Shown: positions 9,511 through 17,576 of the stretch, in pieces
How positions within the stretch are numbered: position 1 is the first letter of the stretch
Layout: every line of letters begins with the position of its first letter
Source: an uncultured Nitrospinaceae bacterium
Lineage (GTDB): Bacteria > UBA8248
Length of the DNA: 34,484 nucleotides
Reading direction: 5' to 3'
NCBI GenBank assembly: GCA_964005815.1
Contig: CAXFSR010000034.1
Location: 1-34,484 of the forward strand
Notes under the pieces: model-generated
What the model was told of the DNA's origin: nothing
The model's input: only the letters and a program-made list of their open reading frames with translations
Database searches by the model: none
Position numbers and translations under genes: made by a program

Positions 9511-9516
9511 TCTAAT

Positions 9517-9558
9517 AAAACCCCCTCTTCTTTTTCAATAAAAGAAGGGGGGTTTTTT
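9517..9558. terminator. Bidirectional intrinsic terminator between the convergent dppC and hydrolase genes
   Basis: AAAACCCCCTCTTCTTTT-tcaat-AAAAGAAGGGGGGTTTT stem with A/T tracts on both sides. Confidence 0.85.
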
Positions 9559-9571
9559 ATTTCTGAAGTGT

Positions 9572-10744
9572 TTAAGCATTAAGTTTTGATTTCAACCAGT
9601 CGTAGATATAATGAGCTCCGACTGTTGAATTGTCTGCCTGGCAGTGTTGTGCTCCAGTTTCGTTTCCTTTAAAAATTCGTAGAGTTTTATCTTTAGAGCC
9701 AACTGCATTTAAAAGTTTTTTTGCAGTCTGAATTGATATTTGTTGATCCCCCTCTCCATGAGTCAAAAGAAAAGGGCATCTCATTTTTTGAACTACTCCG
9801 TCGAGTTTAAAAGGTTCTAGTTTTTTTAGGGCTTCATCAACTGTTTTTGTGTTCATTATCCAAGTCAAATGATGACCAGGAACAGAGAGAGCGGTTTTGT
9901 ATTCTGCTTCTATTCGTTTTTTCCAAGTTTCGTGGTAATTCCAGATACCTCCCCATGCGACACAAGCCTTAAAACGTTTTTCCATACTTGCATTTCTAGG
10001 AGCGTAGTAACCACCTAAGCTAATTGCCATAACGCCAACTTTTTTTGAGTCTACATCCTTTCTTCTTTCTAGATAATCGATAGCTGCGGAGCCTGCGACT
10101 TCATGATCATGTCTAAGATATAAATTGCGAAAACGAATAGCTTCCCCATTTCCAGGTGCATCAACAGCAAGAACACTTATTCCACGTTTTATTAAATCTT
10201 CAACTCCAAGCATATATTGAATCTCTTTTGAAATATCAAATCCATCAAAAGACACAACAACAGGAGGTCTTTTTTTTCTGGTGTTTTGTGCATGGATGAA
10301 AATAGCTGGCAATTTTTTGTTTTTTTCAAAAGGGATTTCTACGTGCTCAATTTTTGGAGAATCTACCAATTTAGAATATCGTTTAAACGAATCGAGAGAC
10401 TTTTTGTAAGCCGAATTTGCAATTTTGTCTTTGGGGGTTCTAAAACGTTCTCCCATTTGATAGTACATGCAAGCTCTTTTATGATATGCAGCAGCGGTAA
10501 GGGTGTTTTTCTTTTTTTCTGCATCTAATCCTAAGGCGCGAATTCGATCTGCCAGCTTAATCCATTCACGAAACCAGGCATTATCATTTCCTAGTTTGTT
10601 ATGTAAGTTTTTACATGCACTATGAATTTCTCCCATAGTAGACGCACCCCAAAATGAGCAAGAATATGTAATACTTACTGCTGCAGACCACCTATAGTCT
10701 TTTGGGAAATAAGCGAACCATGGAGCTTTTTTTACAGCATTCAT
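9572..10744 (-). CDS. Alpha/beta hydrolase, DHPON hydrolase/FrsA-like (paralogue 2)
   Basis: FDGFDISKE, DAPGNGE, AISLGGYYAPR, HGEGD and QHC. Confidence 0.85.
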   Translation of the reverse strand: MNAVKKAPWFAYFPKDYRWSAAVSITYSCSFWGASTMGEIHSACKNLHNKLGNDNAWFREWIKLADRIRALGLDAEKKKNTLTAAAYHKRACMYYQMGERFRTPKDKIANSAYKKSLDSFKRYSKLVDSPKIEHVEIPFEKNKKLPAIFIHAQNTRKKRPPVVVSFDGFDISKEIQYMLGVEDLIKRGISVLAVDAPGNGEAIRFRNLYLRHDHEVAGSAAIDYLERRKDVDSKKVGVMAISLGGYYAPRNASMEKRFKACVAWGGIWNYHETWKKRIEAEYKTALSVPGHHLTWIMNTKTVDEALKKLEPFKLDGVVQKMRCPFLLTHGEGDQQISIQTAKKLLNAVGSKDKTLRIFKGNETGAQHCQADNSTVGAHYIYDWLKSKLNA

Positions 10745-10774
10745 TTAATAGACTCCTAAAATTAGTGATATGGG

Positions 10775-11950
10775 TTAGGCTTTTAGTTTTTCTTGAAGCC
10801 AATCGTAAATATAAGTAGTTCCAATAGACAAATTGTCACGCTGACAGTGTTGGGAACCACCTTCTTTTACAGTAAAAATTTTAAATGTTTTATCTTTTGA
10901 GCCAACTGCATTAAATAAAGATCTTGCATAATGCATTGGTTGTTGTTTGTCATCTGCTCCATGGGTAAGCAAAAAAGGACAACGCATTTTTTGGACTACC
11001 CCGTCAAGTCTAAAAGGATCGAGCTTTTCTAAAGCTTCTTCTACTGTTTTTGTGTTTAAAATCCATGTTATGTGGTGTCCTGGAACAGAGAGTTCAGTTT
11101 TATATGCAGCGTCTATTCTTTTTTTCCATGTGTCGTAATAATCCCAGATTGCTCCCCAGGCTACACATGCTTTATATCTTTTTTCCATACTTGCAATTCT
11201 GGGGGCGTAATATCCTCCCAAACTAATTGCCATAATTGCCGCTTTCTTGGCGTTTACATCTTTTCTGGTTTCCAAATAATTTAAAGCCGCTGACCCAGCG
11301 ACTTCATAGTCATGACGTAAGTAAATTTTTCTCATGCGTATTGCTTCTCCCGTTCCGGGACCATCCATTACCAAACAACTCATACCTCTTCTGACTAAAT
11401 CTTCGACGCCTCTCATATATTGCAGTTCTTTTGTGACATCAAGCCCATCAAAAAAAACAACGACAGGGGGTTTTGATTTTTTTGTGTTTTGTGCATGAAC
11501 AAGCATTCCCGGTAAAGTTTTTTTTCCTTCATAAGGAACTTCTACATATTCTATCTTTGGTTGGTCGATTAACTTACTGTATCTTTTAAAGGAATCCATA
11601 CCTTTTCTGTATGCGTCTAATGCTTTTTTGTCTTTAGGTGTCCTGAATCTTTCCGCCATCTGATAATATGAACAAGCCCTTTTGTGATGTTCTGCTGCTG
11701 TAAGATTGTATCCTTTCCTCTCTGCAGAAATCCCAAGAGCGCGGATTTTGTCTGCCATTTTAACCCACTCTCTAAACCAAACGTTATCATTCCCAAGGTG
11801 CTTTTCAAGTTTTCTTCCAACCTGATCAATCTCTCCTATTTCAGATGCACCCCATCTTGCAGCAGAAACCATTCCGCAAATTGCAGCAGACCAACGATAA
11901 TCTTTTGGAAAGTAAGTAAACCAATTTGTATTTGCTGGTGCTTCAGGCAT
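10775..11950 (-). CDS. Alpha/beta hydrolase, DHPON hydrolase/FrsA-like (paralogue 3)
   Basis: FDGLDVTKE, DGPGTGE, AISLGGYYAPR, HGADD and QHC. Collinear with paralogue 2. Confidence 0.85.
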   Translation of the reverse strand: MPEAPANTNWFTYFPKDYRWSAAICGMVSAARWGASEIGEIDQVGRKLEKHLGNDNVWFREWVKMADKIRALGISAERKGYNLTAAEHHKRACSYYQMAERFRTPKDKKALDAYRKGMDSFKRYSKLIDQPKIEYVEVPYEGKKTLPGMLVHAQNTKKSKPPVVVFFDGLDVTKELQYMRGVEDLVRRGMSCLVMDGPGTGEAIRMRKIYLRHDYEVAGSAALNYLETRKDVNAKKAAIMAISLGGYYAPRIASMEKRYKACVAWGAIWDYYDTWKKRIDAAYKTELSVPGHHITWILNTKTVEEALEKLDPFRLDGVVQKMRCPFLLTHGADDKQQPMHYARSLFNAVGSKDKTFKIFTVKEGGSQHCQRDNLSIGTTYIYDWLQEKLKA

Positions 11951-12080
11951 TTTAATCTCCTAGGGTATGAAGTAATATTTTCACATTAATTAATGTTTTT
12001 TATCTTATCTTGAACTTATTAAAATTTTCAAATAAGTGTAAGAACTTTGTTTGTGACTTTTTTAAGAAAAGGAGGATGTT

Positions 12081-13439
12081 GTGGCTAGAGGGGAAGATTT
12101 CCAAAAGATTCTCGAATATATTGAAAAAAATATAGAAAAATCAGTCTCGGATTTACAGGAACTTTGTAGACAACCAAGTATTTCTACAACCAATGTTGGA
12201 ATCAAAGAAATGGCTGATTTGTTACATTCTCGAATTGAAAAAGCAGGTCTTTCTTCAAGCATCAATAAGACAGATGGCAATCCCATTTTAACTGCAAATA
12301 TAAAAGGTGCGTCAGACAAAACCCTGCTTTTTTATAATCATTATGATGTTCAGCCCGCTGATCCTGAAAGTGAATGGATAAGCCCTCCATTTGAGGCTAA
12401 TATTGTTGATGAACATGTGATTGCGCGGGGTTCGACAGATAATAAAGGAAATATAATAAGTCGTCTTGCCGCTTTTGAAGCGTTTTTGGCTATAAGGGGA
12501 GAGCTTCCATGCAACATAAAATATATTATTGAAGGAGAAGAAGAAATTGGAAGCCCTTCTTTAGAAAAGTTTATTATGAAAAACAAAGATTTGTTAACTG
12601 CGGATGGGTGTATATGGGAAGATAATACAACTAGAGTTGACATTCCTGTTCTCTCTCTGGGAAATAAGGGCCTTTGTTATTTAGAGTTAACTTGCAGGAC
12701 GGCAAATGTAGATTTTCATAGTTCATCAGGACAAATTTATGAAAATGCTGCTTGGAGAATTATTTGGGCATTAGCCTCAATGAAAGATGAAAATGAGAAT
12801 GTCCTAATTGATGGATTCTATGATGATGTTCTAGATCTTACAGAGACCGAAAATATATTGGTTGAAAAAATCAAACCATATGATGGTGCCGACAGAGTGA
12901 AAAAATTTGAATTGAGAAAGTTTTTGCTGGATCTAAAAGATGAGCAACTACCTAGAAGGCATCTTACAAACCCGACATTTAATGTGGCTGGTTTTGATGC
13001 TGGTTACACAGGAGAAGGTGTTAAAACGATTGTTTCAGGTCGTGGAAGAGCAAAGATTGATTGTAGGTTAGTTCCAAATCAAGATCCAAAAAAAATAAGA
13101 GATTGTGTACAAAATCATTTAAGAAAACATGGATTTGATGATATTAAGGTAGAATTGTTGTTTAGTTCTTATCCTGCAAAAAGCGATCCTGATGCTGAGA
13201 TTGTAAAAGCTTGCATCAGAGCTTCTCAGAGATTGTATGGGCAAGATGCGGAAATCAATCCCTTTGGAAGTGGCAGTACCCCTTGCTATATAGTATTGCG
13301 TAATTTAGGAATTCCTCTAGCATCAACTGGAGTTGGTAGAATTACCTCTAGAACTCATAGTGCGAACGAAAATTTAAAAATTGAAGATTTAATGGATGGT
13401 GCTAAATATATGGCTGCAATTTGTGAAGAATTTGTTTAA
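12081..13439 (+). CDS. M20 family metallo-amidohydrolase (ArgE/DapE/dipeptidase-like)
   Basis: YNHYDVQP, RGSTDNKG, EGEEEIGS and HSANE. GTG start after AAGGAGG. Confidence 0.9.
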   Translation: MARGEDFQKILEYIEKNIEKSVSDLQELCRQPSISTTNVGIKEMADLLHSRIEKAGLSSSINKTDGNPILTANIKGASDKTLLFYNHYDVQPADPESEWISPPFEANIVDEHVIARGSTDNKGNIISRLAAFEAFLAIRGELPCNIKYIIEGEEEIGSPSLEKFIMKNKDLLTADGCIWEDNTTRVDIPVLSLGNKGLCYLELTCRTANVDFHSSSGQIYENAAWRIIWALASMKDENENVLIDGFYDDVLDLTETENILVEKIKPYDGADRVKKFELRKFLLDLKDEQLPRRHLTNPTFNVAGFDAGYTGEGVKTIVSGRGRAKIDCRLVPNQDPKKIRDCVQNHLRKHGFDDIKVELLFSSYPAKSDPDAEIVKACIRASQRLYGQDAEINPFGSGSTPCYIVLRNLGIPLASTGVGRITSRTHSANENLKIEDLMDGAKYMAAICEEFV

Positions 13440-13470
13440 TTTTTTTTAATAGATTAATGGAGGAAGTTTT

Positions 13471-13863
13471 ATGCATGTGTTCGATTTGTTGAAAGAACAG
13501 GAATTTAACCAAGAAAAGCACGTTGAGAAAATACTTGGGACTTTTGGAGAAGGAGATGTAACTGTTGCATGTTGGGAGCCTGGTCAAATAAGTCCATATC
13601 ATTGTCATCCGTATGCAACGGAAATTTACTTTTGTTTCCAGGGAGGGGGGGCAATGAAAACTCCCGACGGGAATGTAGACGTAACTCCAGGAGCTTTTAT
13701 TGTTCATCCACCAGGTGAAGTACATGAATACACTAATGGAAGCGAAAGAACACTCCTCTATAGGGTAAGATATGGAGGAGATAAAGTTTCCCGGCACAAA
13801 GAGTGGCCTTCAAATCCGAATTGGAAACAAAAACCTGAAGACGCCGAGTATTTCTCATCATAA
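13471..13863 (+). CDS. Cupin domain protein
   Basis: HCHPYATE...PPGEVHEY gives the H-x-H-x4-E...H metal site. Confidence 0.85.
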   Translation: MHVFDLLKEQEFNQEKHVEKILGTFGEGDVTVACWEPGQISPYHCHPYATEIYFCFQGGGAMKTPDGNVDVTPGAFIVHPPGEVHEYTNGSERTLLYRVRYGGDKVSRHKEWPSNPNWKQKPEDAEYFSS

Positions 13864-13871
13864 ATAATACG

Positions 13872-13907
13872 AGGGTGTGTTTATTTATACAATAAACACA
13901 CCCTTTT
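13872..13907 (+). terminator. Intrinsic terminator after the cupin gene
   Basis: Perfect 14-bp stem AGGGTGTGTTTATT-tatac-AATAAACACACCCT followed by TTT. Confidence 0.75.
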
Positions 13908-14024
13908 GCCTTAGATAAAAACAAAAAACCCCGCAAAAACAAAACCAGTAAGTGAATGAAATCAAAGGGATTGTTTTGCTTATTTTAAAAAGCTCATATA
14001 ATCTAAGTATAATTATATAAAAAA

Positions 14025-14054
14025 CTTGACATTATTACACTCATATATTAAATT
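14025..14054 (+). promoter_or_regulatory. Putative sigma70 promoter of hsp20 with a possible overlapping HAIR-like operator
   Basis: TTGACA (14026-14031), 17-nt spacer, TAAATT. The overlapping CTTGACA-N7-ACTCATA resembles CTTGAGT-N7-ACTCAAG. Confidence 0.5.
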
Positions 14055-14097
14055 ATTCTTGTTTTTAATATTAATTTTTTAAATTGGAGGATTAATA

Positions 14098-14520
14098 ATG
14101 AATAATTTAATTTCTTTTACGCCACTTAGTTTGTTTCATTCATCTTTAAATAATTTTTTTACTGATGAAAGCTTTTTGGGAAGTAATTATGTTGAAAATG
14201 ATTTTTTACCAATAGATGTTTTTAAAAGTGTCGATGAATATGTAATTAAAGCATCACTACCAGGTTGTAAGAAAGAAGACTTAGACATCTTAGTTCATGA
14301 TGGAGTTTTAACAATTAAAGCTAAACTGAAGGAGGATTTTTCTAATTCTAAATTTCAATATTTAAAGAGAGAGAGAAATTATTCATCATTTTCTAGAAGT
14401 CTAAAACTACCTGATGCTGTAGAGGATGATAAAACTGTAGCAGAATTAAAGGACGGTGTCCTATCGTTAACTATTCCATTAGCAGAAAAATCTAAACCAA
14501 AGAAAATTAATATTTCATAA
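14098..14520 (+). CDS. Small heat shock protein (Hsp20/alpha-crystallin family)
   Basis: PIDV, ASLPG, ERNYSSFSRSLKLP, AELKDGVL and a C-terminal INI (IxI) motif. Confidence 0.93.
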   Translation: MNNLISFTPLSLFHSSLNNFFTDESFLGSNYVENDFLPIDVFKSVDEYVIKASLPGCKKEDLDILVHDGVLTIKAKLKEDFSNSKFQYLKRERNYSSFSRSLKLPDAVEDDKTVAELKDGVLSLTIPLAEKSKPKKINIS

Positions 14521-14524
14521 TTTT

Positions 14525-14562
14525 AAAATCCCCTCGATTTATTCTTTATCGAGGGGATTTTT
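14525..14562 (+). terminator. Intrinsic terminator after hsp20
   Basis: Perfect 14-bp IR AAAATCCCCTCGAT-N9-ATCGAGGGGATTTT ending in a T tract. Confidence 0.85.
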
Positions 14563-14605
14563 GCATACTTATAAATCACTCTCGACATAAATATCTCTAT
14601 ATGTT

Positions 14606-14625
14606 GAAATCAATTTATTGATTTC
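14606..14625. promoter_or_regulatory. Palindromic putative operator upstream of the thiol dioxygenase
   Basis: GAAATCAAT-tt-ATTGATTTC is a perfect 9-bp IR just upstream of the GGAG RBS. Confidence 0.4.
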
Positions 14626-14642
14626 TTTATTGGAGTTTTTTT

Positions 14643-15233
14643 ATGAATACTACTATAAGTCAAATTAGCGAACCGATTAATCAATTTTCTAAAGCTTTAG
14701 AATTTTTATACTTAAAAGGTTTTCGAGGTAGAGATTTTATGAGAGCTAGTGAACCTGGTTTGCGTAGGCTTTTGATGGAAAAAAATTTTTTACCAGATTT
14801 TGCTTTTGAATCTAATGATTCTAGTTATTCTAGACACTTAATTTTTCGACATCCAGATGATTTTTTTACTATTGCTGCTATGGTATGGAAACCTGAGCAA
14901 GGAACTCCTATACATGATCATGATGGTCAGTGGGGAATACTTGGGATGGTAAGCGGTGAATTAGAAGTAAAAAACTTTTTTGATATGGAAAAACATCCCC
15001 AAAAGGACTTTGTTTATTTGACTAAGGTAGAGACTTATACCCCTTTAGCTCGAACACCAAATAATGTTTGTAGTTGTGCAGATATTCATATGGTGGTCAA
15101 TCGAAGTGTAAATACTTCAGTTTCTCTTCACGTGTACCCTAAAGATATTGAGGTATGCCAAGTATTTGAACCAACGAATTCAGAAGATAACACTTATAAG
15201 ATCCATAAGATTCAATTATCTTATTCAGAATAA
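14643..15233 (+). CDS. Cysteine dioxygenase type I family (thiol dioxygenase)
   Basis: YSRHL, WKPEQGTPIHDHDGQWG, DIH and SLHVY supply the 3-His iron site and the Ser-His-Tyr triad. Confidence 0.85.
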   Translation: MNTTISQISEPINQFSKALEFLYLKGFRGRDFMRASEPGLRRLLMEKNFLPDFAFESNDSSYSRHLIFRHPDDFFTIAAMVWKPEQGTPIHDHDGQWGILGMVSGELEVKNFFDMEKHPQKDFVYLTKVETYTPLARTPNNVCSCADIHMVVNRSVNTSVSLHVYPKDIEVCQVFEPTNSEDNTYKIHKIQLSYSE

Positions 15234-15324
15234 TCAAATCTTTATTTTCATTCTTCTGAAAAAGTGTCATCCTCGTCAAAAAGTAAAATTTTGTTTGAAA
15301 AAATGTATGAGGCTCTAAAAATTC

Positions 15325-17532
15325 ATGGCTAATTCCTCTAAATCAAATATATCAGTTAAACCTCAACTTAACAGAGATATGGGTTTTTCTTCTGCTTTGT
15401 CTATTGGGGTTGGTACAATGATTGCGGCAGGAATATTCACCTTATCCGGGCTTGCGGTAAGAAATGTCGGTTCTGGAGCAATTCTAGCTTTTTTGATTGC
15501 TGCATTTGTAGCACTTTTAACTGCAATGGTTTACTGTGAATTTTCTGCCATGTATCCAGAATCTGGTGGTGGATATTTATATGCAAGACGAACATTTTCC
15601 CCGCCGGTAGCGTACTTTGTTGGTTGGACGTTACTTATTGGTTATACATCTTCTTGCGCTTTCTATATTGCCAGTCTTTCGAGTTATTTTCAGGAGTTTG
15701 TATGGCACTCGCCTTTTGAAGAAATGGCTGGATTATTATCTCTAGGTGCGCTTGTACTTCTCAATATTAAAGGAACGAAAGAGACGGCTCGATTTCAGAT
15801 TTTTATAACCGCTGGAAAAGTTATTCTCCTTTTATGGTTTGTTTCAGGAGGATTTCAAAATGTAAATTTTGAAATCCTTGCAGAAAAAATGAGCTATGAT
15901 TTTATGAAAATAGGTTCAACAGCTGGCTTGGTTTTTATTACTTTTTTCGGTTTTTCTGCAATAGCTGCCTCTGCTGGAGAGGTTAGAAGGCCAATTAGAA
16001 ATATACCTCGTGCTATTTTTTGGTCACTTGGTATTGTTACAGTTCTTTACACTCTTGTTATTTTAATTTTAGTAACTGCTGATCTTAATGAATATACAGA
16101 AGCTGCAATGGGAAATGTTGCAAAAACTTTACTTGGTCCTGTAGGGGGTATGGTGATTGTATTGGGTTCGTTATTTTCTATGATTTCCGCTTCTAATGCT
16201 TCTATTTTAGCAAGTTCTAGAATAGTTCTATCAATGAGTCAGCTTGGACAATTACCTGAGGGATTGGGTGCCATTAATCCTAGAACTAAGACACCTATAA
16301 TTTCTTTACTTTTGGTTGGTGCTCTTACTATGGAGCTTTCTAGAAGTTTTGAACTTGAGAATCTCGCACATTTTACTGATTTGATTCTTCTTCTGGGATT
16401 GATTTTTGTAAATATTGCTTTGATATATAATCGTAAAAAATTTCCAAAAGTAAGAAGACCTTTTCGTGTTCCATTTGTCCCGATCTTTCCGATTGTAGCT
16501 ACTATTGCGAATGTTTATTTGATTGTTTTGCTTTTTGAGCATCTAGAAACAGTTTTCTTTGCAATTATGTGGTTGTCCTTTGGCGTTTTAGGTTTTTTTG
16601 CATGGAAAGGATTTCAAATCGACGAAGAGGCTCTTCCAGGTGCACCGTCTCTAGTAGCAGAGTCTAGCAATATTAATGATGAAGAAAAATTTAGAGTTCT
16701 TGTCCCTATTTCGAATCCAGCGAATATGGAAAAACTTCTTGATTTGGCATCTGCTATTGCAAATGATCATTACGGGGAAGTTGTTGTTCTTCGTGTATTA
16801 ACTGTTCCGGAACAATCTACCCCAAGAGTTGAAGATGTTGATGCAGAAAAAGAACATGTTCTTATTGAAAAAGCCCATGAATTTTTGGCCAATAAGGGGG
16901 TGAGCATGAATTCTGTAATTCGTATTGCTCATAATCCCGCAAGAGCTATTCTTGAAACTTCGAGGGAATGGAAATGCGATCTTATTTTACTTGGCTGGAA
17001 GGGATATACATCTACTGCGAATCGTATAATGGGAGAAGTTGTAGATGATGTTGTTAAGTATGCTAGGGCAAATATTTTATTAGCAAAAATTGAAGGAGAC
17101 TTAAGTTTAGAGAAGATACTTGTTCCTACTTCTGGAGGAGTAAATTCGATTTTGTCTGAAAAATATGCTTCATCATTATTAGAGAAAGATAAGGGGTTGA
17201 TACATCTTTGTACTGTTGCCCGTCCTAATGTTTCTCTCGAGCAAGAGGATAAGATGCTCTCTAATCTCCTTGAAGCAGAAGCTAGAATTCATGATTTGAA
17301 TGGACCTTTAGTAGATGCAAAATTAATTAAAAACACTTCTGTTACATATGGAATTATTGACGAGTCGGAAAATTACGATGCAATAATGATAGGTGCATCA
17401 AGAGATAATTTTTTCAAAAGGACTGTGGGCTCAACTCCAGAAAGAATCGCTCGAAATTCAAAAAAAACAGTTCTAGTTGTTAAACAATATTCGCCTGTGA
17501 AAGGTTTGTTTAAAAGAATATTTGATAACTAA
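15325..17532 (+). CDS. APC-family amino acid permease fused to two USP-like domains
   Basis: GVGTMIAAGIF, PESGGGYLY, AGEVRRP and RPFRVPFVP in the membrane part. The C-terminal part has RVLVPISNP...DLILLGW and KILVPTSGG...DAIMIGAS...TVLVVK. Confidence 0.88.
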   Translation: MANSSKSNISVKPQLNRDMGFSSALSIGVGTMIAAGIFTLSGLAVRNVGSGAILAFLIAAFVALLTAMVYCEFSAMYPESGGGYLYARRTFSPPVAYFVGWTLLIGYTSSCAFYIASLSSYFQEFVWHSPFEEMAGLLSLGALVLLNIKGTKETARFQIFITAGKVILLLWFVSGGFQNVNFEILAEKMSYDFMKIGSTAGLVFITFFGFSAIAASAGEVRRPIRNIPRAIFWSLGIVTVLYTLVILILVTADLNEYTEAAMGNVAKTLLGPVGGMVIVLGSLFSMISASNASILASSRIVLSMSQLGQLPEGLGAINPRTKTPIISLLLVGALTMELSRSFELENLAHFTDLILLLGLIFVNIALIYNRKKFPKVRRPFRVPFVPIFPIVATIANVYLIVLLFEHLETVFFAIMWLSFGVLGFFAWKGFQIDEEALPGAPSLVAESSNINDEEKFRVLVPISNPANMEKLLDLASAIANDHYGEVVVLRVLTVPEQSTPRVEDVDAEKEHVLIEKAHEFLANKGVSMNSVIRIAHNPARAILETSREWKCDLILLGWKGYTSTANRIMGEVVDDVVKYARANILLAKIEGDLSLEKILVPTSGGVNSILSEKYASSLLEKDKGLIHLCTVARPNVSLEQEDKMLSNLLEAEARIHDLNGPLVDAKLIKNTSVTYGIIDESENYDAIMIGASRDNFFKRTVGSTPERIARNSKKTVLVVKQYSPVKGLFKRIFDN

Positions 17533-17576
17533 AATATAGAAATACGTTAAATTAAATGTGAAAATTGAGGTAATTA

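Noticed and set aside
958..11950. Calling the cluster a nicotine degradation pathway
   Set aside because: No nicotine or ketone dehydrogenase molybdoenzymes, 6-hydroxynicotine oxidase or dihydroxypyridine hydroxylase is present. Family resemblance alone does not fix the substrate.
1..13907. Mobile genomic island
   Set aside because: No integrase, transposase, tRNA anchor or flanking direct repeat is visible, and the left boundary lies outside the window.
13402..13942. Minus-strand ORFs over the cupin gene and its terminator
   Set aside because: The cupin on the plus strand has a complete metal motif, an RBS and a terminator.
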